From an uncultured Thermoleophilia bacterium (GTDB taxonomy: Bacteria; Actinomycetota; Thermoleophilia; Gaiellales; Gaiellaceae): a DNA stretch of 64,000 bases. The stretch lies in the NCBI GenBank assembly GCA_963844075.1, contig CAWJMP010000007.1:48756-112755 (forward strand), given 5' to 3'. Below are positions 11,257 through 22,484 of this stretch, one piece after another; the stretch's first letter is position 1, and each line of letters begins with the position of its first letter. The notes beneath the pieces are model-generated. The model worked only from the letters and a program-made list of their open reading frames with translations. It was not told the origin of the DNA and ran no database searches. The position numbers were made by a program, and so were the translations under genes.

Positions 11257-11963
11257 GTGCGCGCCCAGTCGGTGCCCACGTGGTCGAGGATCGTCGTCAG
11301 GAGCTGGAACGAGTGCATGACATGCTCATGGGCGAGCACGCGTGCACCGGCGACCGAGCCGGCGGCCAGCGCCTGGCGGATCGCGCGGTGCTCGGCCTGG
11401 TTTCGCTCGTAGAGACGCTCCAGCTCGTCGTCGACCGGCGCCCAGACCGTCGGACCCGAGAACGTGCGCCGCGCGCTCTTCGCCACCGACTCGATGAACG
11501 GCACAGCCGCGACGCCGTAGATCACATCGTGGAACGCATGGTTGGCGCGCATCCAGTCCGACATCAGCGAGCGGCGGCCACCGCCCGGCTCGTGCGACCG
11601 GACCTCCTTGGTCAGCCGCGCGAATCGCTTCTCGCACTCCTCGAGCTCCGCCATTGCCTCGGACGTCCATTTACGCGCGGCGATCTCTGTGACGAGCGCC
11701 TCCAGCTCCGCACGCACGAGAAACGCCTCGCGGAGATCATCGTGCGAGAGCGTGCGGACGCGGACGCCCTTGTTGGGCTCGAACGACACGAGCCCAAGCG
11801 CTGCAAGGCGGCGCAGCGCCTCGCGCACGGGCGTTCGCGAGACACCGAACCGCTCCGAGAGCTGTTCCTGGCGCAGGACCGACCCTGGAGCGAGCTCGCC
11901 GGAGACGATCGCCTCCTCGATCACGACCGCGATGTCGTCTGCCTTCGTCGATTCGAGACTCAC
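11253..11963 (-). CDS. GntR/FadR-family transcriptional regulator
   Basis: ORF 11253..12122, trimmed to GTG 11963 (GTGA overlap with the aceB stop). The wHTH is [30 protein letters not shown], followed by a FadR-type all-helical C-domain. Confidence 0.85.
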   Translation of the reverse strand: MSLESTKADDIAVVIEEAIVSGELAPGSVLRQEQLSERFGVSRTPVREALRRLAALGLVSFEPNKGVRVRTLSHDDLREAFLVRAELEALVTEIAARKWTSEAMAELEECEKRFARLTKEVRSHEPGGGRRSLMSDWMRANHAFHDVIYGVAAVPFIESVAKSARRTFSGPTVWAPVDDELERLYERNQAEHRAIRQALAAGSVAGARVLAHEHVMHSFQLLTTILDHVGTDWART

Positions 11964-13403
11964 GTGAGGAGATCGTACGCCGAGACGGTCAGGAATTCCT
12001 TCAACGGCACCGAGAGGGCGACGTCGGCGAACACCTCCTTCGCGGTCTCGGCGGCGTCGACCGCCGCGATCTCCTCCCGGACCCGAGCCTCGTCGAACTT
12101 CCCGGCCTGCACCCACGACCACACCTGGGCGCGCGAGATCTCGGCTGTCGCGGCGTCCTCCATCAGGTTGTCGATTGCCGCCGCCCCGACGCCCTGCAAC
12201 CAGGCATCGACGTAGCGAACACCGACGCTGACGTTCACGCGGAGGCCCTCATCGGTGATCTCGCCGCCGGGGATCTCGAAGTCGACGAGCTCGTCCTCGG
12301 TCACGGTCACGTCGTCACGCTTGCGGTCGACCTGATTCGGCCGCTCGCCCAGCACCGCGTCGAACTCCGCCATCGCCACGGGCACGAGGTCGGGGTGGGC
12401 GACCCAGGTGCCGTCGAAGCCCGCGCCCGCCTCGCGGCTCTTGTCCTCGGCCACCTTGGCGAGGGCGACGGCGTTCACCTCTGCGTCCCGTCGCGAGGGG
12501 ATGAACGCGGCCATTCCTCCGATTGCGTGCGCCTCCCGGTCGTGGCACGTCTTGACGAGCAGCTCGGAATACGCGCGCATGAACGGGACCGTCATCGTCA
12601 CCTGCGCCCGGTCGGGCAGCACGGCGCCCATCTTCTTGATGCAGCTGAAGATGTAGTCCCACCGCCCGGCGTTGAGCGCGCACGAGTGGTCTCGCAACTC
12701 GTAGAGGATGGCATCCATCTCGTAGGCGGCCAGAATCGTCTCGATCAGGACCGTGCACTTGATCGAGCCGTGCGGGAGGCCGAGCTCCGACTCGGCCAGC
12801 GCGAATGCGCTCGCCCAGAGGCGAGCCTCTTCATGTGACTCGAGCTTGGGGAGATAGAAGTACGGGCCAGTCCCCCGGTCGAGCTGCTCGCGCGCGTTGT
12901 TGAACACGACGAGGCCGAAGTCGAAGAGCGACGCGGAGACGGGCTCGCCGTCCGACGAGGAAGTGACGCTCGACGAGGTGCCAGCCCCGCGGGCGGATCA
13001 CGAGCGTCGCGGTCTGGTCGTTCAGACGGTACTGCTTCTCGCCCGTGTCGAGCTCGATCGTCCGCCGCACCGCGTCGTGGACGTTGCGCTGTCCGTCCCG
13101 CACGTTGTCCCACGTCGGCGAGTTGGCGTCCTCGAAGTCGGCCATGAAGACCTTGGCCCCGGAGTTGAGGGCGTTGATCATCATCTTGCGCTCGACCGGG
13201 CCGGTGATCTCGACGCGCCGGTCTTGCAGATCGGCGGGCGCCGGGGAGACCGTGAACGCCTCCGGCGCCCGCACGAACCGCGGTCGTAGTCCTCGCCGAG
13301 CCTCACGCGCCGCGAGCAGCCGCTCGCGTTCTGGATTCAGCTCGCGGTGGAGGCGCTCGACGAATGCGAGCGCCTCCGTCGAAAGCACGTCGTGCTCAGC
13401 CAT
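11960..13403 (-). CDS. aceB: Malate synthase A; frame interrupted near 12961-12971
   Basis: The N-terminal part is in ORF 12831..13403 ([25 protein letters not shown]...RPRGWHL). The C-terminal part is in ORF 11960..12907 ([16 protein letters not shown]...[10 protein letters not shown]...[11 protein letters not shown]). The bridging peptide [24 protein letters not shown] reads in the C-terminal frame. Confidence 0.9.
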
Positions 13404-13455
13404 CCCAGACCACCAAGACCCGCATCGTCACTCCTTGTCAGACACCACCAAGCCG

Positions 13456-14746
13456 CTAGGCGAATTGGGCTTCTTCGGTCGACCCGTGAAGCGCCAGCGT
13501 GGACGAGTCCTTCGACACCGCCTGCATCACCTTGTCGAAGTATCCCGCACCCACCTCCCGCTGGTGCTTGGTGGCGGTGTACCCGGCCGACTCGAGCGAG
13601 AATTCGCGCTCCTGGAGCTCGACGTACGCGCTCATGCCACGGTCGCGGTAGCCGCGGGCGAGCTCGAACATGCCGGCGTTCAGCGAGTGGAACCCTGCCA
13701 GCGTGATGAACTGGAACCGGTAGCCCCAATCTCCGAGCTGCTGCTGGAAGCCGGCGATCTGCATCGTCGGAGAGCGCCTTGCGCCAGTTGAAGGACGGTG
13801 AGCAGTTGTAGGCGAGGAGCTTCCGTGGATGGCGCTCGTGGATTGCCTGCGGCGAACTCGCGGGCCTCACCGAGGTCAGGCGTTGACGTCTCGAACCAGA
13901 GAACGTCCGCGTACGGAGCGTAGGCAAGCGACCGCGCGATCGCTGCTTCGAGCCCGTCGGCGACGCGGAAGAAGCCCTCGCTCGTCCGCTCGCCCGTGAC
14001 GAACGCCGCATCCTGTTCGTCGATATCCGAGGTGAGGAGCGTCGCGCTCAGGGCATCAGTCCGCGCAACGAGCACCGTGGGGACGTTGAGCACGTCGGCC
14101 GCAAGGCGGGCGGCCGTCAGCGTCCGGATGAACTGTGACGTCGGCACGAGCACCTTGCCACCGAGATGGCCGCACTTCTTCTCGGCTGCCAGCTGGTCCT
14201 CGAAATGGACGCCGGCGGCTCCGGCCTCGATCATTCCGCGCATCAACTCGTAGGCGTTGAGCGCCCCGCCGAAGCCGGCCTCCGCATCGGCGACGATCGG
14301 TGCGAGCCAGTCGGTGCCGTTGTGGCCTTCGGACCAGTCGATCTGGTCCGCACGCAACAGCGCATTGTTCAGGCGACGCACGACCTGCGGCACCGAGTTG
14401 GCGGGGTACAAGCTCTGGTCGGGATACGTCGACCCGGCGAGGTTCGCATCCGCAGCGACCTGCCAACCCGACAGGTAGATCGCCTGCAACCCGGCTTTGA
14501 CCATCTGCACGGCCTGGCCCCCGGTGAGGGCACCGAGCGCGTTCACGTAGGTGCCCGACGTCAGCAGCCGCCAGAGACGCTCGGCCCCCAGCCGCCCGAG
14601 GGTGCACTCCGGCACCACGGAGCCCCGGAGCCGGACGACGTCCTCGGCGCTGTAGCTCCGGCTGATGTCCAGCCCAGCGCTCGTCTCGGGCCCACTGCTC
14701 GTTGAGGTGTGCCGTCTGTTCTTGGATCCGAATATCAAGATGTCAC
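13456..14746 (-). CDS. aceA: Isocitrate lyase; at least three frame interruptions (13762, 13846-13847, 14664-14670); start unresolved
   Basis: The core is in ORF 13680..14942 ([13 protein letters not shown]...[13 protein letters not shown]...). [28 protein letters not shown] lies in the frame of ORF 13337..14011. [25 protein letters not shown]...[13 protein letters not shown] lies in ORF 13456..13764. The N-terminal [20 protein letters not shown] is in a fourth frame. Confidence 0.9.
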
Positions 14747-14773
14747 GACTGCTCCTGGTGTTGAAGTCATTGA

Positions 14774-14787
14774 TTTGGGATCCTAAA
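14774..14787. promoter_or_regulatory. Imperfect 14-bp palindrome TTTGGGATCCTAAA in the AT-richer aceA upstream region (candidate operator)
   Basis: 6 of 7 positions are self-complementary around a GGATCC core. It lies about 30 nt upstream of the aceA start region, in the lowest-GC stretch of the window (about 14700-14880). Confidence 0.25.
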
Positions 14788-14887
14788 TTGACTATCATTC
14801 GACCGTCAAGAGGGTGATTCTGACCCAGAAGTCGCAAGCGAGTATCCAACCGTGCCACGTGATGGATCCGAAAGGAGCCGAGCCGCC

Positions 14888-15064
14888 GTGATTGAGACAC
14901 CGCTCGAGACGCCCGAGCAAGAGACCGAGGTGCGCACACCAATTCCGCAGTGGGAGGCCGAGTGCACCTGCCCCGACTACTGCGGCCGGGATCACGAGCT
15001 CGACGAGCTCTCGCCTAACGAGCGTCGCAAGGGCGGAGGAGGACACGCCGAAACGGGCGGCTAG
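14888..15064 (+). CDS. Small hypothetical protein with CxCxxxCxxDH motif
   Basis: GTG 14888 has AAAGGAG 10 nt upstream. Translation is [58 protein letters not shown]. It is divergent from aceA. Confidence 0.35.
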   Translation: MIETPLETPEQETEVRTPIPQWEAECTCPDYCGRDHELDELSPNERRKGGGGHAETGG

Positions 15065-15138
15065 GCGAGAGTGCAGGCTCTCGAAGAGACGCGGCCGGAT
15101 GGCCACCTGCCCGGCCGGGCCTGCGGCCGGCGCCGCTC

Positions 15139-15531
15139 CTAGTCGCCCCACCAGTTGGGCACCATCTCGGCGTCGCGGGGATCGGTGCCCGCACCGAACG
15201 CGAGATACTCCACGCCGTCGGGGCCGGCTTCCACGTCCCGCATCGTGTCCGTGTCGAAGCGGATCGCGTCCCACTCCCCGAGCTCGACGACCTCGTCATC
15301 CACCTTCACCCGCGCCGAGCCTCGGACGATCACGTAGACCTCCTCCTGCCCCTCGTGCTTGTGGCCGAACGGGATCCGGAAGTTGGGCGCAAGCTTGAAG
15401 ACGCTCAGCCCGAGCGACTTTCCCTCCAGAGCCGAGCGGGCGAAACGGGCCTCCATCTCCGCAGGCATCTGGAACTTCGGCGCCTGGTCCTCGACGTCGT
15501 GCTTCAGATTGGTCTTCGTATAGCTGCTCAT
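15139..15531 (-). CDS. Cupin domain protein
   Basis: ORF of 130 aa with the cupin motifs GHKHEGQEEVYVIVRGSARV and AIRFDTDTMRDVEAG. Confidence 0.85.
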   Translation of the reverse strand: MSSYTKTNLKHDVEDQAPKFQMPAEMEARFARSALEGKSLGLSVFKLAPNFRIPFGHKHEGQEEVYVIVRGSARVKVDDEVVELGEWDAIRFDTDTMRDVEAGPDGVEYLAFGAGTDPRDAEMVPNWWGD

Positions 15532-15716
15532 CCAAAAGTCCTAACCGGGACGTGGCCCGTCAAACACCCGACAACTCGTCACCCGGCCGTCCGGCGCGGC
15601 CGATCTGAATGGGTACGCCTGCTCCCGTTGGAGGATCGAGCAGAAACGACACCATGCCTCCCCACGTCCGACAGCTCGAGTGCCTTCGTCGGTGACGAGC
15701 ACCTCGCCTCCCGCTG

Positions 15717-16133
15717 TCATGCGTAGTGGCGAAAGACGACTTCCGCGACGCAAACCGGCTTGTCGCCGCCGTCCCGCTCGACCCGAGCGATCATCGTCAC
15801 CTGGTCACCGCCCTCGACTTCCTCGACGCTCACGACCTCGAAGGTGCCGCGGAGGCGTGATCCGACGGGCACCGGGGACGGAAAGCGGACACGGTTCAGC
15901 CCGTAGTTGATTCCCATGCGCCCCGGCTGCGGCACAACCTCGTAGGACATGGCGGGGATCAGCGAGAGGGTCAGATATCCGTGGCCGATCGTGGTGCCGA
16001 ACGGTCCTGCCTGGGCACGCACGGGATCGACGTGGATCCACTGCTGGTCACCCGTGGCGTTCGCAAAGGCATCGATTCTCTCCTGCGAAACGTCGATCCA
16101 ACTCGACGGCCCGAAGCTGTCACCGGCCTTCAT
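15717..16133 (-). CDS. MaoC-like (R)-hydratase, hot-dog fold
   Basis: The last 138 aa of ORF 15717..16511: IDAFANATGDQQWIHVDPVRAQAGPFGTTIGHGYLTLSL. Confidence 0.85.
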   Translation of the reverse strand: MKAGDSFGPSSWIDVSQERIDAFANATGDQQWIHVDPVRAQAGPFGTTIGHGYLTLSLIPAMSYEVVPQPGRMGINYGLNRVRFPSPVPVGSRLRGTFEVVSVEEVEGGDQVTMIARVERDGGDKPVCVAEVVFRHYA

Positions 16134-16282
16134 GCCACTGCTCCCGAACGCAGCCACAGTGCGCCGACCCGGTGCAGCCGGTTTCGGCCGACACGAACAA
16201 CTGGACGGCGTCTCGTCATCTTTGCGCTCGTCACGCAGGTGCCGAGCAGACTGAGGAGCCAACGAGTTCCAGACCGGAACGG

Positions 16283-17560
16283 CTACGCGGACTCTTCGGC
16301 GAGCTCTTCGGGCTCGGCGATGTCGCCGCCCGCGCTCGTCACGAGGGTGGGCTTCAGGCCCTTCTCGATCGTCTCCTTGGTGATCACGCACTTGGAGACA
16401 TCCTTGCGCGAGGGCAGCTCGAACATCACGTCGAGCAGCGCGTTCTCGATGATCGAGCGCAACCCGCGCGCACCCGTCTCGCGGTCGAGCGCCTTGTCGG
16501 CGATCGACCACAGCGCGTCGTCGGTGAAGACGAGGTCGATCGAGTCGTAGTTGAAGAAGCGCTGGTACTGGCGGGTGAGCGCGTTCTTCGGCTCGGTCAG
16601 GATCTGCACGAGATCCTCGCGCTTGAGCTGGTGGACCGCGCTGAGCACCGGCAGCCGGCCGATGAACTCGGGGATCAGCCCGAAGTTCAACAGGTCCTCC
16701 GGCATCACTTCTGCGAGCAGCTCTGCGCTCGCGGAATCGCGCTTCGACGAGATGTCACGCCCGAAGCCGACGGCGTTCTTGCCGACACGCTTCGCGATGA
16801 TCTTGTCGAGGCCGGCGAACGCGCCGCCGCAGATGAAGAGGATGTTCGTCGTGTCGATCGAGAGGAACTCCTGGTGCGGGTGCTTGCGGCCGCCCTGCGG
16901 CGGCACCGACGCGACCGTCCCCTCGAGAATCTTCAGGAGAGCCTGCTGCACGCCTTCGCCCGACACGTCGCGCGTGATGGACGGGTTGTCGGCCTTGCGG
17001 GCGATCTTGTCGACCTCGTCGATGTAGATGATCCCGGTCTCGGCCTTCTTGATGTCGAAGTCGGCAGCCTGGATCAGCTTGAGCAGGATGTTCTCGACGT
17101 CCTCACCCACGTAGCCCGCCTCGGTGAGGGCGGTCGCGTCGGCGATCGCGAACGGGACGTTGAGGATCCGCGCGAGCGTCTGGGCGAGATGCGTCTTGCC
17201 GCAGCCGGTCGGGCCGAGCAGCAGGATGTTCGACTTCTGAAGCTCGACCTCGCCGTCCTCGACGCCCATCTGGACGCGCTTGTAGTGGTTGTAGACGGCA
17301 ACCGAGAGCGTGCGCTTCGCCTCTTCCTGCGAGACGACGTACTCGTTCAGGGAGGAGTAGATCTCCATGGGGCGCGGGAGGTTCTCGAGGTCGAGCGAGG
17401 TCGGGGTCGTCAGCTCCTCGTCGATGATCTCGTTGCAGAGATCGATGCACTCGTCGCAGATGTAGACGCCGGGCCCGGCGATGAGCTTCTTGACCTGCCG
17501 CTGCGACTTGCCGCAGAAGCTGCAGAGAAGCTGCTCGTTTCCTTCACTCGCGCGCGCCAT
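16283..17560 (-). CDS. clpX: ATP-dependent Clp protease ATP-binding subunit ClpX
   Basis: Intact 425 aa. It has the zinc finger [26 protein letters not shown], Walker [12 protein letters not shown] and [10 protein letters not shown]. Confidence 0.97.
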   Translation of the reverse strand: MARASEGNEQLLCSFCGKSQRQVKKLIAGPGVYICDECIDLCNEIIDEELTTPTSLDLENLPRPMEIYSSLNEYVVSQEEAKRTLSVAVYNHYKRVQMGVEDGEVELQKSNILLLGPTGCGKTHLAQTLARILNVPFAIADATALTEAGYVGEDVENILLKLIQAADFDIKKAETGIIYIDEVDKIARKADNPSITRDVSGEGVQQALLKILEGTVASVPPQGGRKHPHQEFLSIDTTNILFICGGAFAGLDKIIAKRVGKNAVGFGRDISSKRDSASAELLAEVMPEDLLNFGLIPEFIGRLPVLSAVHQLKREDLVQILTEPKNALTRQYQRFFNYDSIDLVFTDDALWSIADKALDRETGARGLRSIIENALLDVMFELPSRKDVSKCVITKETIEKGLKPTLVTSAGGDIAEPEELAEESA

Positions 17561-17611
17561 CCCGTTGTCTCCTTTTACCCTGATTTCGCCTGTACGGCTA
17601 GAGCGGACGTA

Positions 17612-18223
17612 TTAAGCAGCGGCCTCGGTGCGGACTGTGTCGCGGTGGGTGATCACCGAGTCGATGATCCCGTATTCGACAGCTTCGGTGGGGCTCAGGA
17701 AGAAGTCTCGTTCCATATCGCGTGAAATCTCCTCCTGGGTCTTGCCGGTGTGCTCGGTGTAGATCTCCTCCAGGCGCCGCTTGAGGCCGATCACCTCGCG
17801 AGCCTGAATCTCGATGTCGGTGCCCTGCCCCTGGAAGCCCCCGGAGACCTGATGGATCAGGATTCGTGAATTCGGCAGCGACATTCGCTTCCCTTTCGCG
17901 CCGCCGGCGAGCAGCAGAGAGCCCATGCTCATCGCGATCCCCACGCAGATCGTCTGCACGTCGGGCTTGATGAACTGCATCGTGTCGTAGATCGCGAGGC
18001 CCGAGTACACGGAGCCGCCGGGCGAGTTGATGTAGAGGAAGATGTCCTTGTCGGGGTCTTCCGACTCGAGATGCAGCAGCTGGGCGATGATCAGATTGGC
18101 GATCTGGTCGTCGACCGGCGTCCCCAGGAACACGATGCGCTCGGCGAGGAGGCGCGAATAGATGTCGAAGGCGCGCTCGCCGCGCGACGTCTGCTCAACG
18201 ACCATTGGGACTAGCGGGCTCAT
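17612..18223 (-). CDS. clpP: ATP-dependent Clp protease proteolytic subunit
   Basis: ORF 17612..18253, trimmed to ATG 18223, with AAGGAG supplied by the last codons of tig. It has the catalytic [11 protein letters not shown] and ILIHQVSGG. Confidence 0.95.
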   Translation of the reverse strand: MSPLVPMVVEQTSRGERAFDIYSRLLAERIVFLGTPVDDQIANLIIAQLLHLESEDPDKDIFLYINSPGGSVYSGLAIYDTMQFIKPDVQTICVGIAMSMGSLLLAGGAKGKRMSLPNSRILIHQVSGGFQGQGTDIEIQAREVIGLKRRLEEIYTEHTGKTQEEISRDMERDFFLSPTEAVEYGIIDSVITHRDTVRTEAAA

Positions 18224-18228
18224 TAGCT

Positions 18229-19560
18229 CTACTCCTTGCTGCCGGGGGTCCACAGTTTCGGTGACTCGGCCGGTTCATCCTTCTCCGGCGTCCAAATCGC
18301 TTCGCGTGCCTCGTGGAGCTCGGGTGCGATCGGCTGAACTTCTGCAGCGATCACGTCGAGTGCCTTCTTCAGCCGGATGTCGTCGCGGACACGGTCTGCG
18401 CCGCCTTCGGCGACGAACGTCTCGATGTCCTCGTCGCTCTCGCCGGCGGTGCGGAGCTCCTCGCGGATCTCGTCGTCGGTGACCTCGATCCCCAGCTGGT
18501 CGGCGACCGCCTCGAGCACGAGCTCGCGCGAGACCGAGAGGGACGCCTCGGCACGCAGGCGCTGCTCGAGCACCTCCGGCGTCTGGCCCGTGAGCTGGAG
18601 ATAGGTATTGGCGTCGATCCCACGCTCCTGAAGGCTGCGCGCGAGGCCGTTCAGGAGCTCGCGGGTACGTGCCTCGACGAGCGGCCCGGCGGCGGTGAAG
18701 TTCGACGCGCGCACGAGCTCGTCGATCGCAGCAGCGCGGAAGAGACCTTCGATCTGCTCGTCGACCTGGTCGCGCAGGCGGCCCTCGACGTCGGTGCGCA
18801 GCTCGGCCAGCGTGTCGAACTCCGAGGCCGCCTTCGCGAGGTCGTCGTCGAGCGGCGGCAGCACGCGTTCCTTCAGCTCCTTGAGGACCACGGTCGCCTT
18901 GCGCGTCGTGCCGTCGGCCAGCTCGTAGGCGATCTCGCGGCTCTCGCCGGCGGAGAGGCCGCGAATGCCGTTCTCGACTTCCTCGACGAGCCGCTCCGAG
19001 CCGAGCTCGACGACGTAGTCGCGCTGTGCCGTGCCGTCCTCGGCGAGCAGATCGATCACGACGGTGTCGCCCTCCGCCGCAGGGCGGCCGTCGACCGGGA
19101 CGATCTCGGCGGCGATCCGCTGGAGCGTCTCGAGCTCCGCCTGCACCGCCTCCTCCGGAACCTCGGCTTCGACCTTGGGCACCTCCAGCGTCTTCCAGTC
19201 GGCCGGGCGTGGCTTCGGCTGCACCTCGACGGTGGCCGAGAAGCTCCAGTCCTCGCGGTCCGAGGTCGGAAGGTCGTAGTCGTACTCGGGCTGCGCGATC
19301 GGGTTGACGCGCGCCCGCGCTGCGGCATTCCAGAACCAGCCGCCGATGTGACTGTCGACCGCCTCGGCGTAGAGGCGCTCCTTGCCCACCCGCTGGACGA
19401 GGAGCGGCATCGGCACCTTGCCCTTGCGGAAGCCCGGGATGCGGGCGGTGGCGGCGAGGTCGTTCGCAGCGTGCTCGACCGCGTGGTGGACATCGTGCGC
19501 GGGCACGTCGACGGTCAGCTTGACCTTGTTCTCGGGGAGCTCCTCGACCTGTGCCGTCAT
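18229..19560 (-). CDS. tig: Trigger factor
   Basis: ORF 18229..19593. [20 protein letters not shown]... and [10 protein letters not shown] are signature sequences. Start assigned to ATG 19560. Confidence 0.93.
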   Translation of the reverse strand: MTAQVEELPENKVKLTVDVPAHDVHHAVEHAANDLAATARIPGFRKGKVPMPLLVQRVGKERLYAEAVDSHIGGWFWNAAARARVNPIAQPEYDYDLPTSDREDWSFSATVEVQPKPRPADWKTLEVPKVEAEVPEEAVQAELETLQRIAAEIVPVDGRPAAEGDTVVIDLLAEDGTAQRDYVVELGSERLVEEVENGIRGLSAGESREIAYELADGTTRKATVVLKELKERVLPPLDDDLAKAASEFDTLAELRTDVEGRLRDQVDEQIEGLFRAAAIDELVRASNFTAAGPLVEARTRELLNGLARSLQERGIDANTYLQLTGQTPEVLEQRLRAEASLSVSRELVLEAVADQLGIEVTDDEIREELRTAGESDEDIETFVAEGGADRVRDDIRLKKALDVIAAEVQPIAPELHEAREAIWTPEKDEPAESPKLWTPGSKE

Positions 19561-19598
19561 TCGAAGGCCATTGAACCAGACCTGTACCTTCACACGCG

Positions 19599-20109
19599 GT
19601 GGACGCCGAAGCAGCGATCAAGGCCCGCAGGACGCACAAACAGTACGGATCGGTGCCGGTCGACGGCGAGACACTGCGCGAGCTCGTCGACCTCGCCCGC
19701 CATGCCCCGAACCACAAGCTCACCCAGCCGTGGCGGTTCCGTGTGCTCGGCCCGGAGATCCGCGGCCGGATCGAGGAGCTGGCCGGCGAGCAAGGAGGCG
19801 GTGAAGCTGCGGCGGGCGCCCACCCTCGTGCTCGCGACCGCCCTGCTCTCAGGCGACCCTCGCACCGATGAGGAGGACCTGCACGCGAGCGCCTGCGCGG
19901 TCTACGCGATCCTGCTCGGAGCAACGAACCGTGGCCTGGCCTCGTACTGGCGCACGCCCTCCTGCTTCGCGGAGGCCCCGATCCGCGAGGCGCTCGGGCT
20001 CGCGGCCCACGAGCGGATCGTCGCGCTGGTCCACCTCGGGCCGGCCGTGAGTGAGCCGCCCCCGAAGGAGCGGCTCACAGTCGACGACGTGCTCTCGTTC
20101 CTGCCGTAG
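19599..20109 (+). CDS. Nitroreductase family protein; frame interrupted at about 19791
   Basis: The N-terminal part from GTG 19599 reads AIKARRTHKQYGSVPVDGETLRELVDLARHAPNHKLTQPWRFRVL. The C-terminal part is in the frame of ORF 18313..20109 (KEAVKLRRAPTLVLATAL...LGATNRGLASYW...VALVHLG). Confidence 0.8.
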
Positions 20110-20116
20110 CGCGGAT

Positions 20117-20643
20117 CTACGGCGTGGCAGACGTCGCCGAGGCCGGCGGGGTCTGGACGAGCGGCGCAGGCTGGCCGGCATTCTGGAAGCTCTGCCGCAG
20201 CGCGATCACGGCAGCACGCGCCTTCAGGACCCCGGCGCGCATCTCGAGGTTCGAGGCCCGGATCTGCAGATTCGCCTCGCGAACGACCGGCCGGATCTCG
20301 CCGCCTTTGAGGCCGGCCGCCCGGGCGGCCTCGATGTCGGCCCGCAATTTCACGCGATCGGACAGGCACACGGCGAGCAGGGAGTGCCAGTCGCTCGTGA
20401 GCTTCTGGCGTCGGCCTTGATCTTCGCCTTCGCCGTCGCCTTGTCGGAGCCGACGAGGGTCTGCGCGTCGTTCTGCAGGATCTGCGCGTCGGCGAGCACG
20501 GCGTCGTGCTTCGCCTTCACATCGGTCTGCAGCTGCGTGATGTCGGCCTTGATCGCCGCAAGCGGGTCGTCGGCCAGGGCCGTGACGGGCGCGATCACCG
20601 TGATCGCGAGCGCCAGGGCGAACAGATAGAGGAACTTGTTCAT
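20117..20643 (-). CDS. Secreted alpha-helical hypothetical protein; deletion-type frame interruption near 20401-20412
   Basis: Signal peptide MNKFLYLFALALAITVIAPVTALA is in ORF 20350..20643. It continues as KLTSDWHSLLAVCLSDRVKLRADIEAARAAGLKGG... in the frame of ORF 20117..20809. Confidence 0.6.
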
Positions 20644-20768
20644 CGGGGGAGTCTCCTTCGTGGATCACAGGGGGTTGGACGCGCGCATCGTGGGTCCGAT
20701 TCGTCATTCGCGCGTCTCGGTTGCGTAAGGCGCTCGTAAAGCACTCGCAGCGGAGGCAGAGGAGAAGG

Positions 20769-20852
20769 TGCGGGCGAGAGGAGTCGAACCTCCAAGAGCC
20801 GAAGCCCACCGGGACCTAAACCCGGCGCGTCTGCCAGTTCCGCCACGCCCGC
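20769..20852 (-). tRNA. tRNA-Leu (anticodon TAG)
   Basis: Manual cloverleaf: acceptor GCGGGCG/CGCCCGC, anticodon arm CCGGG-TTTAGGT-CCCGG, long variable arm, T-arm GGAGG-TTCGACT-CCTCT. CCA is not encoded. Confidence 0.9.
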
Positions 20853-20880
20853 GCGGTCAGTGACAAGCGTAGTTGCTCGC

Positions 20881-22359
20881 TCAGGCGCGCACGGCGACCG
20901 TGCGCGAGACCCCGATCGGCCGCCGCCTGCGGTCGAGCGCCGTCACCGACACGTGCCGCGGCCGGCCGGGAACGCGAATCGCCGTCTCGAAGCCGCGCGC
21001 GGGGGCCGTCGCTACCGGCGCCAGCGCGCCCGGCGTGGCTCCTGCGGCGACCCGCCACGCGGTCGTCTCGGTGCTGCCGTTCCAGCTCGCGTAGACGTTG
21101 ACGACACCGCCGCGTCTGGTCGCCGCGACCGCGGGTTTCGTCGTCGGCTTGCCGACCCACGTGTTGCGGAAGGACCGGTAGTTCCATGCGCCCCCGTCGA
21201 ACTTCGCATCGAACCGGACGTCGCCCGCAGGGCCGAACTCGGTCACGTACGGCTGCGTGCCCCAGCCGACGAGCATCGCGTCTCCACTCAGGACCTGCGC
21301 GTTGCCCATCGCGACCGACATGAGGGGGTCCGGGTGGCGGTAGTCCTGAAGCAGGTCGGCACGCATGCCACCGAGATCGAGCCCGAGCCGGATCGCGCGG
21401 GATTGCTGTGACGACGGGCCGGGGCCGTCGTCGAACAGGGTGATCGTCCCGTCCGGATGGGCACGCGCGTCGTGCTGGTACATGAACGTGGCGCCGGGCC
21501 CGAGTGCGAAGTCGCTGCTCCTGCCCGCGAGCCGCCACAGCACTGCGCCGCTCGACCGGTCGATCTTGTAGACCGCGGAAGTGTTGCGGGCGGAGATCAG
21601 GAGATTGCCGTCGAGATCCACGTCGATCGAGTTGACGTGGAAGTAGTCGAACGGGTCGAGGACAGGCGCGTAGGTGTCGGTGAGCGGCACATGGTCGAGG
21701 CTGTGCCACTCGAAGAGCACACGGCCCGTCGCCACGTCGATCTCCTGGACGATCGAGTCGAGCACGGTGCCCGCGGCAGGCCCACCGACCGAGGTGAGAT
21801 CTGCCTGCACAGGGTTGTAGACCGTGATCAGTGCCGTGCCCTTCGCGGTCAACAGGAACTCGTGGACGTCGGCCTTGTAGCCGTTGCCCGCCTGGACGCG
21901 CGCAACCGTCCGATAGGCCTGGTCGAGGATCACGCACTCGCCTTCACCGGTGCCGATCTTCGAGATCGCTCCTTCCCACCAGGTCAGCACCGGCTTGCCT
22001 CGGAAGATCTGCCGGCGGACGTTGATCGCAACCGTGTCGAGCGGCTTGAAGAACACGATATTGCCGGCGTTGTCGACGATCATCGGCCCGCGCTGGCCCG
22101 GCCCGGTCAGCGTCGAGACGAACAGGTAGCCGGGGGCCGGATGGTTGAGGGTCGACACGGTGAGCGTCGGGGGGCGCAGCGCCGGCTCGCTCACGTAGGC
22201 GGCTGTTCCCGGAGGCGCGCTCGCGGCGCGGAGCCCGGCTCGCGCCCAGTGCGGCACCGCCAGCGCCGCGAGGGCGGCGCCCGAGGCGGCCACGAAGTCC
22301 CTCCGCGAGAGCTTGCTGCCCACGATGCGATCCAACACCATTCGCCGGACGATCACCAC
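20881..22359 (-). CDS. Arylsulfotransferase (ASST) family protein with Tat-type signal
   Basis: Intact 492 aa. It has the SRRDFVAASGAALAALAV twin-arginine leader and ASST-like beta-propeller sequence (HEFLLT, DYFHVNSIDVD, YKIDRSSGAVLWRLAG). Confidence 0.85.
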   Translation of the reverse strand: MVIVRRMVLDRIVGSKLSRRDFVAASGAALAALAVPHWARAGLRAASAPPGTAAYVSEPALRPPTLTVSTLNHPAPGYLFVSTLTGPGQRGPMIVDNAGNIVFFKPLDTVAINVRRQIFRGKPVLTWWEGAISKIGTGEGECVILDQAYRTVARVQAGNGYKADVHEFLLTAKGTALITVYNPVQADLTSVGGPAAGTVLDSIVQEIDVATGRVLFEWHSLDHVPLTDTYAPVLDPFDYFHVNSIDVDLDGNLLISARNTSAVYKIDRSSGAVLWRLAGRSSDFALGPGATFMYQHDARAHPDGTITLFDDGPGPSSQQSRAIRLGLDLGGMRADLLQDYRHPDPLMSVAMGNAQVLSGDAMLVGWGTQPYVTEFGPAGDVRFDAKFDGGAWNYRSFRNTWVGKPTTKPAVAATRRGGVVNVYASWNGSTETTAWRVAAGATPGALAPVATAPARGFETAIRVPGRPRHVSVTALDRRRRPIGVSRTVAVRA

Positions 22360-22391
22360 GGGTGCGGCACGGCCATGTCGAACGAAGGAAG

Positions 22392-22463
22392 TGGCCCCGG
22401 GTGGAATCGAACCACCGCACGGAGCTTCGAAGGCTCCCGCTCTGTCCGCTGAGCTACGGGGCC
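22392..22463 (-). tRNA. tRNA-Arg (anticodon TCG)
   Basis: Acceptor GGCCCCG/CGGGGCC, anticodon arm GGAGC-CTTCGAA-GCTCC, T-arm GGTGG-TTCGATT-CCACC. Confidence 0.9.
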
Positions 22464-22484
22464 GAGCGCCGTAAGCCTAGCGAG

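Noticed and set aside
14700-14880. Three GGATCC sites as a meaningful repeat family or restriction-modification signal.
   Set aside because: GGATCC also occurs elsewhere in the window (for example near 6005 and 6905), and a 6-mer of this composition is expected by chance. Only the extended near-palindrome at 14774-14787 is kept, as a low-confidence operator candidate.
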